NCBI GenBank assembly: GCA_951406725.2
Contig: OX597829.1
Location: forward strand, 48,856,001 to 48,920,000
DNA from: Octopus vulgaris
Lineage: Eukaryota
Direction: 5' to 3'
DNA: 64,000 nt
A program made the translations under genes and the position numbers. The number at the start of each line of letters is the position of its first letter. Position 1 is the stretch's first letter. The notes under the pieces are model-generated. The model saw only the letters and a program-made list of their open reading frames with translations. It was not told the DNA's origin and made no database searches. Positions 1 to 12,096 of the stretch are shown one piece after another.

Positions 1-217
1 CGGACCTCTACTCTCTTTCTCTCTCTCTCTGTACATGTTCCTCTCTATGTCCCTATCTCTCTCACTATCTCCCTCTGGTTGTATATGTGTCTCTCTCTCA
101 TTACTTGTACCTCTTTTTCTCTGTAGAGAAAAATACGTGAGACAGATAGGAGGGTGGTTATGGAACAAAACAAGTGAGAGAGAGGAGGAAGAGACAGAAG
201 ACAGAGATATGTATATG

Positions 218-301
<84 letters not shown>

Positions 302-344
302 CAACGGCTTTCTTTCTGTTTACCAAGTTCACTCACAATAATTT

Positions 345-1114
345 TTTGCACTCCATCATAACAGAATGAAGCTTCTAATGTCTTTATGACCCCATACATT
401 TGCTAGCTTCCGGCATACGGAGCTTTTAACTGATAGCACTTGCATGTGCAAGTTGTTTGCAAGACATGGTTCTCAACGAGCTTTAGCACCCAGTCGCTAG
501 ATGCTTCGAGATATTTTGCCAGTTCAATTGTGGTGATTTTGTTGGAGATTTCAAATTGAATCAAACTCGGCCTCCTTGAGCTCTGGGTAGGTAAAGACGA
601 TATACGTCTGCCTTTTGGTGCTGCATCTTATTGCAAGTCACCAGCTTACGGAATTTCCTGTCAGTCTTATTTATTTCACTCATATTCCAGTTCAACACAT
701 TGAAACTGTAAATAACAACCGGCACTCTAAAGAATTTATGGCTAACACCATAAATTTTAGGACTGCTCGAACTCACCTGTAACACTCCTTCCTGATCTTC
801 TCTTTCATACTTGCATATTGAATGCCAGATCCCTCATTTATTATTTGTAAGTTTGTTCCTGTTCGAGTTCTTTTATGATTGTGTCAACATCCAATACCGT
901 TGAATGCGAAGTCTTCAATTTCCCTTTCTGAGAAGTGGCCTAGGCACATTTTTCAAGACCAAATTCCATCCCAATGTCATCACAGTACGTAGTTGTCCTT
1001 CAAGCTCATTATCGTCTTTGCCATAGAGTTTTAAGTCATCCATATAAAATAGATGACTTATTTTCTTGTCGCCGATTTTATATCCATACCCTGTTCTGCT
1101 CAGTTCAGTTGTAA

Positions 1115-1115
<1 letters not shown>
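345..1115 (-). mobile_element. Decayed RT region of an R4/Dong-like non-LTR retrotransposon
   Basis: The minus strand near 1000-1060 reads ISHLFYMDDLKLYGKDDNELEGQL (YMDD RT motif). Downstream sequence reads VVIYSFNVLNWNMSEINKTDRKFRKLVT..MQH.KADV.RLYLPRAQGGR, typical of RLE-clade LINEs. It abuts (AAT)n at 1116-1183. Confidence 0.85.
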
Positions 1116-1184
<69 letters not shown>

Positions 1185-1185
<1 letters not shown>

Positions 1186-1330
1186 GTTTCAATTTTTGCC
1201 TCACGGGCAGTAATTCTGTGGGAGGAGATGAGTCTATTACGTCGACCCCAGTGTTCAACTGGTACTTATTTTATCAACCCTCCGAAAGGATGAAAGGCTA
1301 AGTTGAGCTCGGCGGAATTTGAACTCAACA
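1185..1330 (-). mobile_element. Partial tRNA-derived SINE with Nin/Deu-like domain
   Basis: Contains ctggtacttattttatc..ccgaaaggatgaaaggc..ctcggcggaatttgaactc, matching the full copy at 43847-44084. Confidence 0.75.
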
Positions 1331-2029
1331 TGTCAATGTGAAATGCGAATTTCCAATCATACCACTTTAATGGAGTACTGATCAGAAACAAATATTAATA
1401 TCAACTGCGGCATTTTCCAAGGTGACTCAATTTCACCTTTAATTTTCTGCGTATTATTATTATTATTATCATTAATTCATTAATTCATTGAAGCATCGAA
1501 TGTCTTGATGTAAACGACACCGTCAAGTTTGCACTTATCGTAAACGCAACGACGACTCCACTGAAGTGAGGAAGAAAGCCTTGTCTTATCACACTTACAG
1601 CTATAGAAGAGAATAAACACTCTGCATAGCATTATAGAGAAATTAATTTGAATAAATTGCCAATGAAACACTATTTATGCAAATCGAATAAACGTTTTAG
1701 CAAACATACTACATTCAGTGAGAATATATATACAGCCATTATAGCCTGTTAGCTAGTACAAACAGGAGGATTGGAATTTAATACGCAGCGGTAGGGCAAA
1801 TATGAGCACACGAACACACGTATACAAACATACATACACTCATGTACACACACACATACACGTACACACATGTGCATGCACACATACACACGTACATGCA
1901 CATTAATTATTTATATTATTATTTAGCCGTAAAACTACGTAAATTAAAATCGATGTTTTCGTGCGTTGCACTTTGCTAAGTTCAACGCATAAGACACTTG
2001 GTCTTGAGGAGTCACATACGTGGCTTTAC

Positions 2030-2350
2030 ACACACGCACGCACACACACACACAAACACACACACACACACACGCACTCACGCACGCACGCACACACACA
2101 CACGCATGCACTCACGCACAGGCACTCACGCACACACACACACGCACTCACGCACACACACACTCTCACACTCACTCAAGCACACACACACACACACACA
2201 CACGCACTCACGCACGCACACACACACACACACGCACACACACACACACTCACTCACGCACACACACACACACACGCACTCACGCGCACACACACACAAA
2301 CACACACACACGCACACACACATACACACGCATGCACTCACGCACACATT
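2030..2350. repeat. (CA)n/(CACG)n compound microsatellite
   Basis: Direct reading. Confidence 0.95.
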
Positions 2351-2502
2351 TTAACACATAATTTCGTGGATAATTTAAAGCTCTGTGCTCGAAACTCTTA
2401 CAGCACTGAAAAAGTCGCTGGATTTTATGAGATCACATTTTGCACTGATACCGGAGACCAAAAGAAATGTACATATTTAACTAGGGAATGTGGAAAAAAA
2501 TG

Positions 2503-2674
2503 TTGTGGTAAGTAGCTTGTTTACCAACCACATGGTTCCGGGTTCAGTCCCACTGCGTGGCACCTTGGGCAAGTGTCTTCTACTATAGCCTCGGGCCGTC
2601 CAAAGCCTTGTGAGTGGATTTGGTAGACGGAAACTGAAAGAAGCCCGTCGCATATATGTATATATATATATATG

Positions 2675-2739
<65 letters not shown>

Positions 2740-2960
2740 ATATGTTTGTGTGTCTGTGTTTGTCCCCCTAGAATTGCTTGACAACCGATGCTGGTGTGTT
2801 TATGTCCGCGTTACTTAGCGGTTCGGCAAAAGAGACCGGTAGAATAAGTACTGGGCTTACAAAAGAATAAGTCCCGGGGGTCGATTTGCTCGATTAAAGG
2901 CGGTGCTCCAGCATGGCCGCAGTCAAATGACTGAAACAAGTAAAAGAATAAAAGAGTAAA
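2503..2960 (+). mobile_element. tRNA-derived SINE family A (octopus OK-like), with internal (TA)(TG) microsatellite
   Basis: A box-like gtggtaagtagc and B box ggttcagtccc, body ccttgggcaagtgtcttctactatagcc, and tail ggcggtgctccagcatggccgcagtcaaatgactgaaacaagtaaaag. About ten related copies occur in the window. Confidence 0.85.
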
Positions 2961-3029
2961 AGAGTAAACCCGTAAGGTTTGGGTCAACTGTCCTCTTTCT
3001 ACCTCTCCTGATCGAACAATGAGTATCAC

Positions 3030-3690
3030 AAATATTTAGATATTGAGGAAAATATATCATACAAAATTAGAATGAAGAAAGATAGAGTAACCAAACAACA
3101 TGGTACTCAGAGCGATCCTCTTACAACAAGACAACCCGTCAATGCATTTCCAGTACCCATACTGATACTAGCATTTAGGATAATAGGCTGGCCTTTAGAG
3201 GAAATCCACTCTATAGGCAAGAAAGTTTACGAGATTGCAAATTTCCACAGAGATTGACTAAGTTTCCATAGAAGCAACGGTATCAACAAACACCATGTAA
3301 AAAGGAAAGATCTGTACAGAGGGACTTCGAGTACCATATGATATCATTATGGTAGGGCTTACTAAATAATCCTTTTACTAAAGGCACAGGGTCTGAAATT
3401 TTTAGGGAGGGCACTAGTCGATTACATCTACTCCAGTGTTTCACTGGTACTTAATTTATCGACCCCGAAAGGATGAAAGGCAAAATCAACCTTAGCGGAA
3501 TTTGGACTCAGAACATATAGACAGGCGAAATGCCGTTAAGCATTTCGCCCAGCGTGCTAACGATTCTGCCTGCTCGCCATCTTAGGACTTACTAAATAAT
3601 GACAAAAAAACAAAGCAAAAAGAAAGTAAATACATCAACCAAGTGCTGTAAAAGGACGTGAACGATATCTTTCAGGTTAGCAGTGAACTC
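3030..3690 (+). mobile_element. Highly decayed R4/Dong-like LINE fragment interrupted by a SINE
   Basis: VNAFPVPILILAFRIIGWPLEEI resembles the post-RT segment of the other RLE elements in the window (INALAMAAVTYSLNINNWSIIEI). Confidence 0.5.
3371..3582 (-). mobile_element. Nin/Deu-domain tRNA SINE with 18-bp TSD
   Basis: Family core is present. It is flanked by tagg(g/a)cttactaaataat at 3353-3370 and 3583-3600. Confidence 0.85.
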
Positions 3691-3749
3691 GTCAAGAAAC
3701 ATTCATTAGACTGAAACAAGTAAAAGAATAAAAAGAAAAAAAATATATG

Positions 3750-3818
<69 letters not shown>

Positions 3819-3824
3819 ATATGT

Positions 3825-3879
<55 letters not shown>

Positions 3880-3882
<3 letters not shown>

Positions 3883-3920
3883 CTGTTACTCTGAGTTTCT
3901 CGTAATTCATCAGGTTTTTG
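3880..3920 (-). ncRNA. Degenerate hammerhead remnant (same family as 4892-4992)
   Basis: Reverse complement reads AAAAAC-CTGATGA-ATTACGA-GAAACTCAGAGTA-ACAGATTT. The 5' arm of stem I is partly deleted. Confidence 0.5.
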
Positions 3921-4305
3921 CTAAATGAATTGCCTTAATTCAATCTACACCGCTAACCTTTAAAAAGAAATAGTTTGATTGGCAAAGAGATATAAACTAT
4001 TCCTTCGACTAAAAGGTCAAAAATATATGTATATATAGTAAAAAAACACAAAAATTATAAAATCCGGCAAACACAATGAACCGACAGGTAAGAAAGAAAG
4101 AATGAAATGACGGCAATCCATCATGCAATTTTAAATATACATACATACATACATCTATATATATATATATATATATATAGTTAATCCAAACAAGAAATCA
4201 CATATGTATATGTATATACATACACACACACACACATATCATATGAATGGTTTACATCTGGTAACTTCCTGGTAAAGCACGGTCATTTCACAGTGATCGT
4301 TATGT

Positions 4306-4817
4306 ATATGGCAAATGAAAGACGTAAGATAGAATATACGAGAATTTTTATTATTAATCACGGCAATTGTTTCGACACATCTAGCCTCAATCCCGTACGG
4401 GTGGGGCTCTCAACAACTGGTTCAGGAGTATCCGGCGGTGCAGATGTATAAATAAATACAAATTTATCAGGTGATAAATAAATACAACTCGTTAAAATAA
4501 CAGTTCCGCAATGTAACTTCTCGTTTTGTAGAAAGAAAACCAGCCAGACTGAGAAAATATATTCATTTATATAGAAGATTAAAGATAAAATCAGAGATTG
4601 AAAAAAACACGCTGTATTGCGTGTTCGTTTTTTTTTTTTCATCTGTGGGTTGTGTCTGTTTATCATCTGACGAGATACATCTGCACCGCCGGATGCTTCT
4701 GAACCAGTTGTTGAGTGTCCCACCCATGAGGGATCGTTGCTAGATGTGTCGAAACAATTGTCATAATTAATAATAAATTCTCGTATATTCCACCTTCCGT
4801 CTTCCATTTGCCATATA
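4306..4817. repeat. Diverged inverted repeat (4306-4449 / 4675-4817), probable Penelope-like pseudo-LTR pair
   Basis: The arms are reverse complements with scattered substitutions, and (TA)n lies on both sides. Confidence 0.8.
4662..4767 (+). ncRNA. Type I hammerhead motif with extended stem II (59-nt insert)
   Basis: atcat-CTGACGA-GATACATCT-[59 nt]-AGATGTGTC-GAAAC-AATT-GTC-ataat: 9-bp stem II, palindromic stem III (ACAATTGT) and a GUC cleavage triplet. Confidence 0.7.
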
Positions 4818-4863
4818 TATATGTGTGTGTGTATGGATATATATATATATATATATATATATA

Positions 4864-5020
4864 CTTTATTTTAAGCAGCAGAAAATTCAACAAAATCTGT
4901 TACTCTGAGTTTCCCGTTGCCGTTCATCAGACAGTTTTTGCTAGAAAAACTGTCTGATGAACGGCAACGGGAAACTCAGAGTAACAGATTTTGTTGAATT
5001 TTCTGCTGCTTAAAATAAAG
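4864..5020. repeat. Near-perfect 157-bp DNA palindrome carrying two head-to-head hammerheads
   Basis: The arms are exact reverse complements about ttttt-gctag-aaaaa (4935-4949). The right arm continues to ~5095 into a tail also seen at ~45860-45950. Confidence 0.95.
4946..4992 (+). ncRNA. Minimal type I hammerhead motif (mirror copy on minus strand at 4892-4938)
   Basis: AAAACTGT-CTGATGA-A-CG-GCAA-CG-G-GAAA-CTC-A-GAG-TA-ACAG(A)TTTT. Stem I is CTGT/ACAG, stem II has a GNRA loop, stem III is ACTC/GAGT and the site is GUA. Confidence 0.75.
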
Positions 5021-5090
5021 CATATTACTCTACCACTGGTATTTGAGTACTCTTTTTTCCACCTTGTTTCACATTTATGTGTTTACTCCG

Positions 5091-5135
<45 letters not shown>

Positions 5136-5216
5136 CAATTGCAGCGTGGAAGGTGTTTATAAGCCATTTAAGAAACACACAAAAACCGTTAAATTCACTT
5201 CAACATTTAAATTTAA

Positions 5217-5267
5217 TTTGTCAAAATATTTTCGTCGCTTTCAGACCGCGACCTGTTCACTGACAAA
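5217..5267 (-). ncRNA. Hammerhead variant with G3-C8 core swap
   Basis: Reverse complement reads TTTGTCA-GTGAACA-G-GTCGC-GGTCTGAAA-GCGAC-GAAA-ATAT-TT-TGACAAA: 7-bp stem I, 5-bp stem II and palindromic stem III (AATATT). Confidence 0.7.
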
Positions 5268-5329
5268 ACTTCGTGCTGCATCTGAGAAAGTAACAGTTAG
5301 TCCATGATATATATATGCACGTGTCTATG

Positions 5330-5777
5330 TGTGTATGTATGTATGTATGTATGTATGTATGTATGTATGTATGTATTTATGTATGTATGTATGTATGTAT
5401 GTATGTATGTATTTATGTATGTATGTATGTATGTATGTATGTATGTATGTATGTATGTAGTATGTATGTATGTATGTATGTATGTATGTATTTATGTATG
5501 TATGTATGTATGTATGTATGTATGTATGTATTTATGTATGTATGTATGTATGTATGTATGTATGTATGTATGTATGTATGTATGTATGTATGTATTTATG
5601 TATGTATGTATGTATGTATGTATGTATGTATGTATGTATGTATTTATGTATGTATGTATGTATGTATGTATGTATGTATGTATGTAGGTATGTATGTATG
5701 TATTTATGTATGTATGTATGTATGTATGTATGTATGTATGTATTTATGTATGTATTTATGTATGCATGCATGCATGC

Positions 5778-5810
<33 letters not shown>

Positions 5811-5949
5811 TGTATGTATGTATGTATGTATGTATGTATGTATGTATGTATGTATGTATGTATGTATGTATGTATGTATGTATGTATGTTTGTACGTATG
5901 TATGTATGTATGTATGTATTTATGTATGTATTTATGTATGCATGCATGC

Positions 5950-5982
<33 letters not shown>

Positions 5983-6000
5983 TGTATGTATGTATATATG
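5330..6000. repeat. (TATG)n tetranucleotide microsatellite
   Basis: Direct reading. Confidence 0.97.
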
Positions 6001-6462
6001 TGTACATGTATGTGCGCATGCATGTGTGCATGCCTATACGCATGTATGTATGTACTTATATACTTATGTGAGTATTTAGGAGAGTGTTTAGACGTGTCTG
6101 TGTGTTTGTACATGTGTATGTATATGTGAACGTATGTTTATGTACTGATATGTGTCAGTTCAAGTTGTATACATAACTGTTACCTTGTTGAAGGTTGTAT
6201 ATATATATATATATACACACATATACATTTACATAGACACACACACACATATATATGTGTATGTGTGTGTGTTTGTCCCTCTCACCACCGTCTAACGGTG
6301 AATGGATACAACGTCTTAGATGACATATAACACATATAACCTTATACATACATACAAGTACACACAATCATATAGACACTTACACATACTCACAAATATA
6401 CACATACATACGTACATATATATCATGAACTAACTGTTACTTTCTCAGATGCAGCACGAAGT

Positions 6463-6513
6463 TTTGTCAGTGAACAGGTCGCCGTCTGAAAGCGAGGAAA
6501 ATATTTTGACAAA
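6463..6513 (+). ncRNA. Second copy of the G3-C8 hammerhead variant (stem II closing pair mutated)
   Basis: TTTGTCA-GTGAACA-G-GTCGC-CGTCTGAAA-GCGAG-GAAA-ATATTT-TGACAAA. Confidence 0.6.
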
Positions 6514-6648
6514 TTAAATTTAAATGTTGAAGTGAATCTAACGGTTTTTGTGTGTTTCTTAAATGGCTTATAAACACCTTCCACGCTGCAGTTGTTTTCG
6601 TTCCAGCACACGATCTCAGATCAAGTCACTCGCTATGCAGGTACATCT

Positions 6649-6709
<61 letters not shown>

Positions 6710-6716
<7 letters not shown>

Positions 6717-7116
6717 TGAGGGTGTCTGAGAGACACCACCATGCCGAAATAGCAGTCGAAACTCTGACTATAAAAAACCACGTTAAATGTTCATATCGTA
6801 CCATGAGATAAGACAGAGGGACAAAATAGACTAGCAAAAGTTATTGAATAATTCAAGATCCAGGATTTCTGACTTTGCTTTAAATAAGCTTTACCGTCAT
6901 CGGTTGAATATATCAAGAGTACATAAATACAGATATATATATATGCAGAACAAACGATATACTTACATATACGAACGCTCATACATACATACATATGTAC
7001 GTATGCACACGGCCAGTATCTCATGGTACGATATGAACATTTAACGTGGTTTTTATAGTCAGAGTTTCGACTGCTATTTCGGCATGGTGGTGTCTCTCAG
7101 ACACCCTCATTTTTAA
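6710..7116. repeat. ~100-bp inverted repeat (6710-6810 / 7017-7116) in (TA)n context
   Basis: taaaaatgagggtgtctgagagacacc...ccatgagata is matched by its reverse complement. Confidence 0.9.
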
Positions 7117-7192
7117 TTGTAAAAATGATTACCTTTGTACGGTATTTTTCCCATGCTGGCCACTTGATAATATAGATATTTAAATATCGATA

Positions 7193-7263
<71 letters not shown>

Positions 7264-7358
7264 ATCCAAACAAGAAAGCACAAAAAAAACACAACAACGC
7301 GAGGACGTGGAACAAATATAGTATTATTGGACGCTCAGGAAAGAAGGAAAGAAGGAAG

Positions 7359-7393
7359 GTTTAACGTTTCGAGTGGAGCTCTTCGTCGGAAAC
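7359..7393 (-). ncRNA. Minimal hammerhead (U4C core) in a Penelope-like pseudo-LTR (element ~7262-7470)
   Basis: Reverse complement reads GTTT-CCGACGA-A-GAG-CTCCA-CTC-GAAACGTT-AAAC, with palindromic stem III AACGTT. A homologue lies at 35558-35592. Confidence 0.75.
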
Positions 7394-7476
7394 ATAGGAG
7401 AAGGAAAGATCCAGAGAAGGGAAGACAGAGGAAAAAATATCGCCAACGGTACATACGAGGTCACATTTTGAAATTA

Positions 7477-7529
<53 letters not shown>

Positions 7530-8679
7530 AGATAGATAGACAGATAGATATAGGCATACATACGTAACATACATATACATACACACACATACACATATAT
7601 GTGGGTAGAATGCACACACATACACATGACGGCTTTCTTGTCATCTCACAAAGCGCTTATATAAAGCTTTGCGGTAGCTTTTAGCAGTACAGCTACAAAA
7701 TCATTTAATTGTTTTACGTATTGAAATTACTACGAACTACGATTTAATCTCAAACAATAACAACTTCTTGACTAACGAGAAATAGCAGCTACATTCTCCT
7801 CTTACGCATTACATATCAATCATTTTATGATTTCCTCCCTAGAATAAGTCAATGAGGTAGCCTCTACGCTGTCGCTCCACTTGAAAGAAGCCGTAGCTAA
7901 AATCCCCTCAAATCACACTCTAAAGCGTTGTCGAACGAAAGAACAGATTAGACAATATAGTAATAGACAGAAAGAAAGGAAAGAAAAGAAATAAGAGAAC
8001 GTTTTTGGTTCTGTCTGGTTGGTCACACAACAACAACGACAGAAGTTAATGCTGTAGGTAAAAGCAAGAATGGATGAAAAGGAACCAATCAGTGATTTTC
8101 TCAATATATTGACAAAACTAATGATTTTATTTTCTTGCGTCCAATAGATAGAAATACAAGAATTGTAAGCAAGTAGCTAGAATACTTAAACAGTTTCTGG
8201 TTCCCTGGCGTAGAAATTGCAACGAACATGGTTACAGAAGATGGATGTAACACGAATGGCAAGAAAGATCTCTGATAAATCGTTGGAAAGAGAAAACGCA
8301 ATAATCTGAAAAAGAAGTGAATATGGTTTATGAGAGAATATGGAAATCAAAATTAGCGTAAAACACATATCTATAAAACTAACTTGCGATAACAAGCTAG
8401 CGTTGGAGCCTCGATTGGATCGCTAAACCTTATAGAAAAGGAAATAAAATTGTCTTCGAACGATTTACAAACGGAAAGTGACATTGCATAAGGAACTCCT
8501 AGATGTCTCATCTGAAAACAGGATGGAACGGTTATGGCTAGAAAGCTCTGATCATAAATATGCTTGATGAAAATCGATCTGAGGAACATCGATATGTTGA
8601 TTTCATTGTTTTTATATGTTCTACACTATTTTTGGTTTAGTGCCTATTCTTTTGTCATTTCCTATTTTCCTCTCTTTCA

Positions 8680-9025
8680 CTCACACTCTAACTCATTTAT
8701 CCACCCACTCACTTATTTACCCACACATCCATTCGCTCACTCACTCTTTCACTCACTCACCTGCACACTCACCCGATCACCTACTCACTCGGTCATTCAC
8801 ATACTCAGTCATTCACTCACACACAATTTTACTTACTTACTCATTCACTCAGTGCCTTCCCTCACTTTTACATTCACTCACCCATCCAAACACTCATTCA
8901 TTCACTCACTCACTCAGTCACTCACTCACTTACTCACTCACTCACACACTCACTCACTCACTCACTCACTCACTCACTCACTCACTCATTCACTCACTCA
9001 CACACTCACTCACTCACTCACTCAT
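8680..9025. repeat. Degenerate (CACT)n microsatellite
   Basis: Direct reading. Confidence 0.9.
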
Positions 9026-9319
9026 TAATAACGCGCAAACTATCCACTTTCATAAGAAAACATTACTCCTCGACCAAAGATCTTTTCCGAAACGTTAACT
9101 TTTTTCACGACAAACAAATCTATTTTAGTTTTGAATTTTTTGGTAACAAGATGAATGAAAAAACTATGGCACAGTCATAGCATACAAGAACGCACTTTGA
9201 TCACCATAGACGGTTATCTGTATGCTGGCCTTAGCGAAAGAGGTTGTGTGGTGGACCTGAGTGAAAGGGATGAGGGCAGATGCCTTCCTTTTCGGCCAAG
9301 ATCACAACGACAATTTAAG

Positions 9320-10164
9320 ATTCCCTTTGTTTGGCTGGCTGTCCGTGGAGGAGATATCTCAAGATCCGCTGGATGGATTCGGATGAAACGTTCAGGGATG
9401 TTTGTCCTCGTGACTGGCACAAACTGATTAGATTTGGGGATCGATCTGACACTGGACAACGATTCTGGATTATTTGTTATATTTACTTTACTTTACATGA
9501 TTACAATCTTACGTTGACTTTCAAGTCATTTTCAATTATCTCCCTTTAGGCTGTCTCCAAAGTTTCATTTTCGTTTCACTCTTTTTCAATTTTACTCGCG
9601 TCTCTGTCTGAGTAGAAACTGATGGATAATGAAATCAAACTACGTAAATAAATGGCAGCAAAATCGTTCAGAAATTAAATAACACTAACATATTTTTTAT
9701 AGTATATATAGTATACATATATATTAAGATTTTATAGTATACTTACATATATACATACATCTATACATGGATCTAAAACAACAAGGATACTAAAGTAAGG
9801 CTAGAATTTAAGAGAATTGAAAACCAAAAGGTCTCATGCTATTTATTTAAAAATTCCAGAGTAGAACTTATTATTATTACCTCCGCCTTTGAAACTATTT
9901 TGAATGGTGAATTTGCCAACTTTGTATAAGGATAAAGTATTTATTACGGTTACTAAATTTTCTACAGCCATCTTCATATTCCATGACTAACCTTTAGGAT
10001 CGATCAGGTACCGGATAAAGATTGTAGGTTTTTTTCCCTTTTTTGTTTTACTTGATTTTTGAGAGCAGTCGGGTTCATTTTTAGTATTCTCGTTTGTGAG
10101 ACGAGTCGAGTTTATTTCAGATATTCTCGTTACTTTAGCGGAGATTTGCGCTCTCCGAGAGTTG

Positions 10165-10165
<1 letters not shown>
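9320..10165 (+). mobile_element. Fragments of a Helentron-associated (HINE/DINE-1-like) non-autonomous element
   Basis: A subterminal IR pair (tacctccgcc at 9878-9887 and agcggagat at 10137-10145) is followed by a 3' hairpin gcgctctccgagagttgc. A typical core, gatatctcaagatccgctggatggattcggatgaaac, lies at ~9353. Confidence 0.55.
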
Positions 10166-10480
<315 letters not shown>

Positions 10481-10945
10481 GTGTCGTTTTCTGTCAGAAT
10501 TTCATTATTTGCTTCTTAAAAATAAAAGTATCCTGCTGAGGAATTAAATTTGTTGTTTCTTTTTTTTTCTTTTTATTTATCTACTGTCTGCAAAGATTGT
10601 TTTCATTCACTTTTCTTCTTTTTCTTTCTCTTTTGGTGTGTTGCGGGGTGTATTTTTAAATGCTACAGCAGCCATTTTATTTGTGTATAAAATGACGGAT
10701 ACAGAAAAGAAAAGAAAAGAATTCTTCGCAAAAGTTGTTTTTTTAAAAATATTTTAAATCTGAAACGGCGAAGGAGTATGATGCAAACAATTTCAATTCT
10801 TTTGTCACACAATTAAATTCTTTTAACTCTGGTTAGGAATTCTGATTTACAAAAATTACTTTTCTTGATTGTCCATAACCTGGAAATCGTCTGTGGTTAA
10901 GAAGGAATTAAACGATATACACGCAACTCTTTAAACAATATAGCT

Positions 10946-10964
10946 ATGATGATGATGGTGATGG

Positions 10965-11009
<45 letters not shown>

Positions 11010-11036
11010 CGACGATGATGGTGGTGATGATGATGG

Positions 11037-11093
<57 letters not shown>

Positions 11094-11345
11094 AAATGAT
11101 GATGATGATAATGACGATGATGATGATGACGATGATGATGTTGACCATGATGATGATGATAATGGTGATGATGATGATGATGACGATGATGATGATGACG
11201 ATGATGATGTTGACGATGATGATGATGGTGATGATGGTGATGATGATAATGATGATGATGATGATGATGATGATGACGATGACGATGATGATGTTGACGA
11301 TGATGACGATGATGATGTTGACGATGATGATGATGATGATAATGG

Positions 11346-11385
<40 letters not shown>

Positions 11386-11417
11386 AATGACGATGATGAT
11401 GACGGTGATGATGTTGT

Positions 11418-11455
<38 letters not shown>

Positions 11456-11463
11456 GTGATGAT
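10946..11463. repeat. (GAT)n microsatellite with variant units
   Basis: Direct reading. Confidence 0.95.
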
Positions 11464-11583
11464 TTTAACTTTTGGCGCAAGACCAGTTATTTCAGGGGAG
11501 GTATAAGTCGATTATATCGACCCTTAGTGTTCAACTGGTACTTACTTTATCGACTAAGTTTCAGCACCTGCAAGATACTGACT

Positions 11584-11900
11584 TTATACTCTATGTTCAG
11601 AAAGACCGCTACCACCAACTAGTAGATGCCTATCTCTAGAAATAAATAAATCTCCAATTTTTACTTTCATTATTCGACGGGAAACGTATATCATCACGTG
11701 ACCCAGTTTGTCATTTTTCAAAGTTAAGGATGAAAGTTTTCTGGCTTCGTCTTTTGTAGCGAATGTCACTTCTGCAGCGCCATATTGCTTTCCCCTTGCG
11801 ACATATATTTTCGTGCTTTACATAGGTCCCATACACTTTTCCATTTGTACCTGTGAAACCTTTGACAACAAGTGGCTATCCGTTCTTGCAGAATTAACGG
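11584..11900 (-). pseudogene. Possible LINE ORF1 (RRM-like) remnant
   Basis: The minus strand reads AEVTFATKDEARKLSSLTLKNDKLGHVMIYVSRRIMKVKI, reminiscent of Tx1/L1-type ORF1 RRMs. Pattern recognition only. Confidence 0.3.
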
Positions 11901-11937
11901 AAGCAAGAAAAATCGAGAACTTTAAAAAGTGAAATGT

Positions 11938-11940
11938 AGC

Positions 11941-11983
<43 letters not shown>

Positions 11984-12059
11984 ATAGTAGTAGTAGTAGT
12001 AGTGGCAGCAGCAGCAGTAGTAGTAGTAGTTGTAGTAGTGGCAGAAGCAGCAGTAGTAG

Positions 12060-12096
<37 letters not shown>

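Larger units (their letters stand above)
5136..6650. mobile_element. Composite element: ~175-bp inverted arms (5136-5310 / 6419-6597) around (TATG)n plus a unique core
   Basis: The arms are reverse complements. Arm, microsatellite and core recur together at 46295-47190, and an arm alone recurs at 40530-40720. Bounded by (TA)n. Confidence 0.8.
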
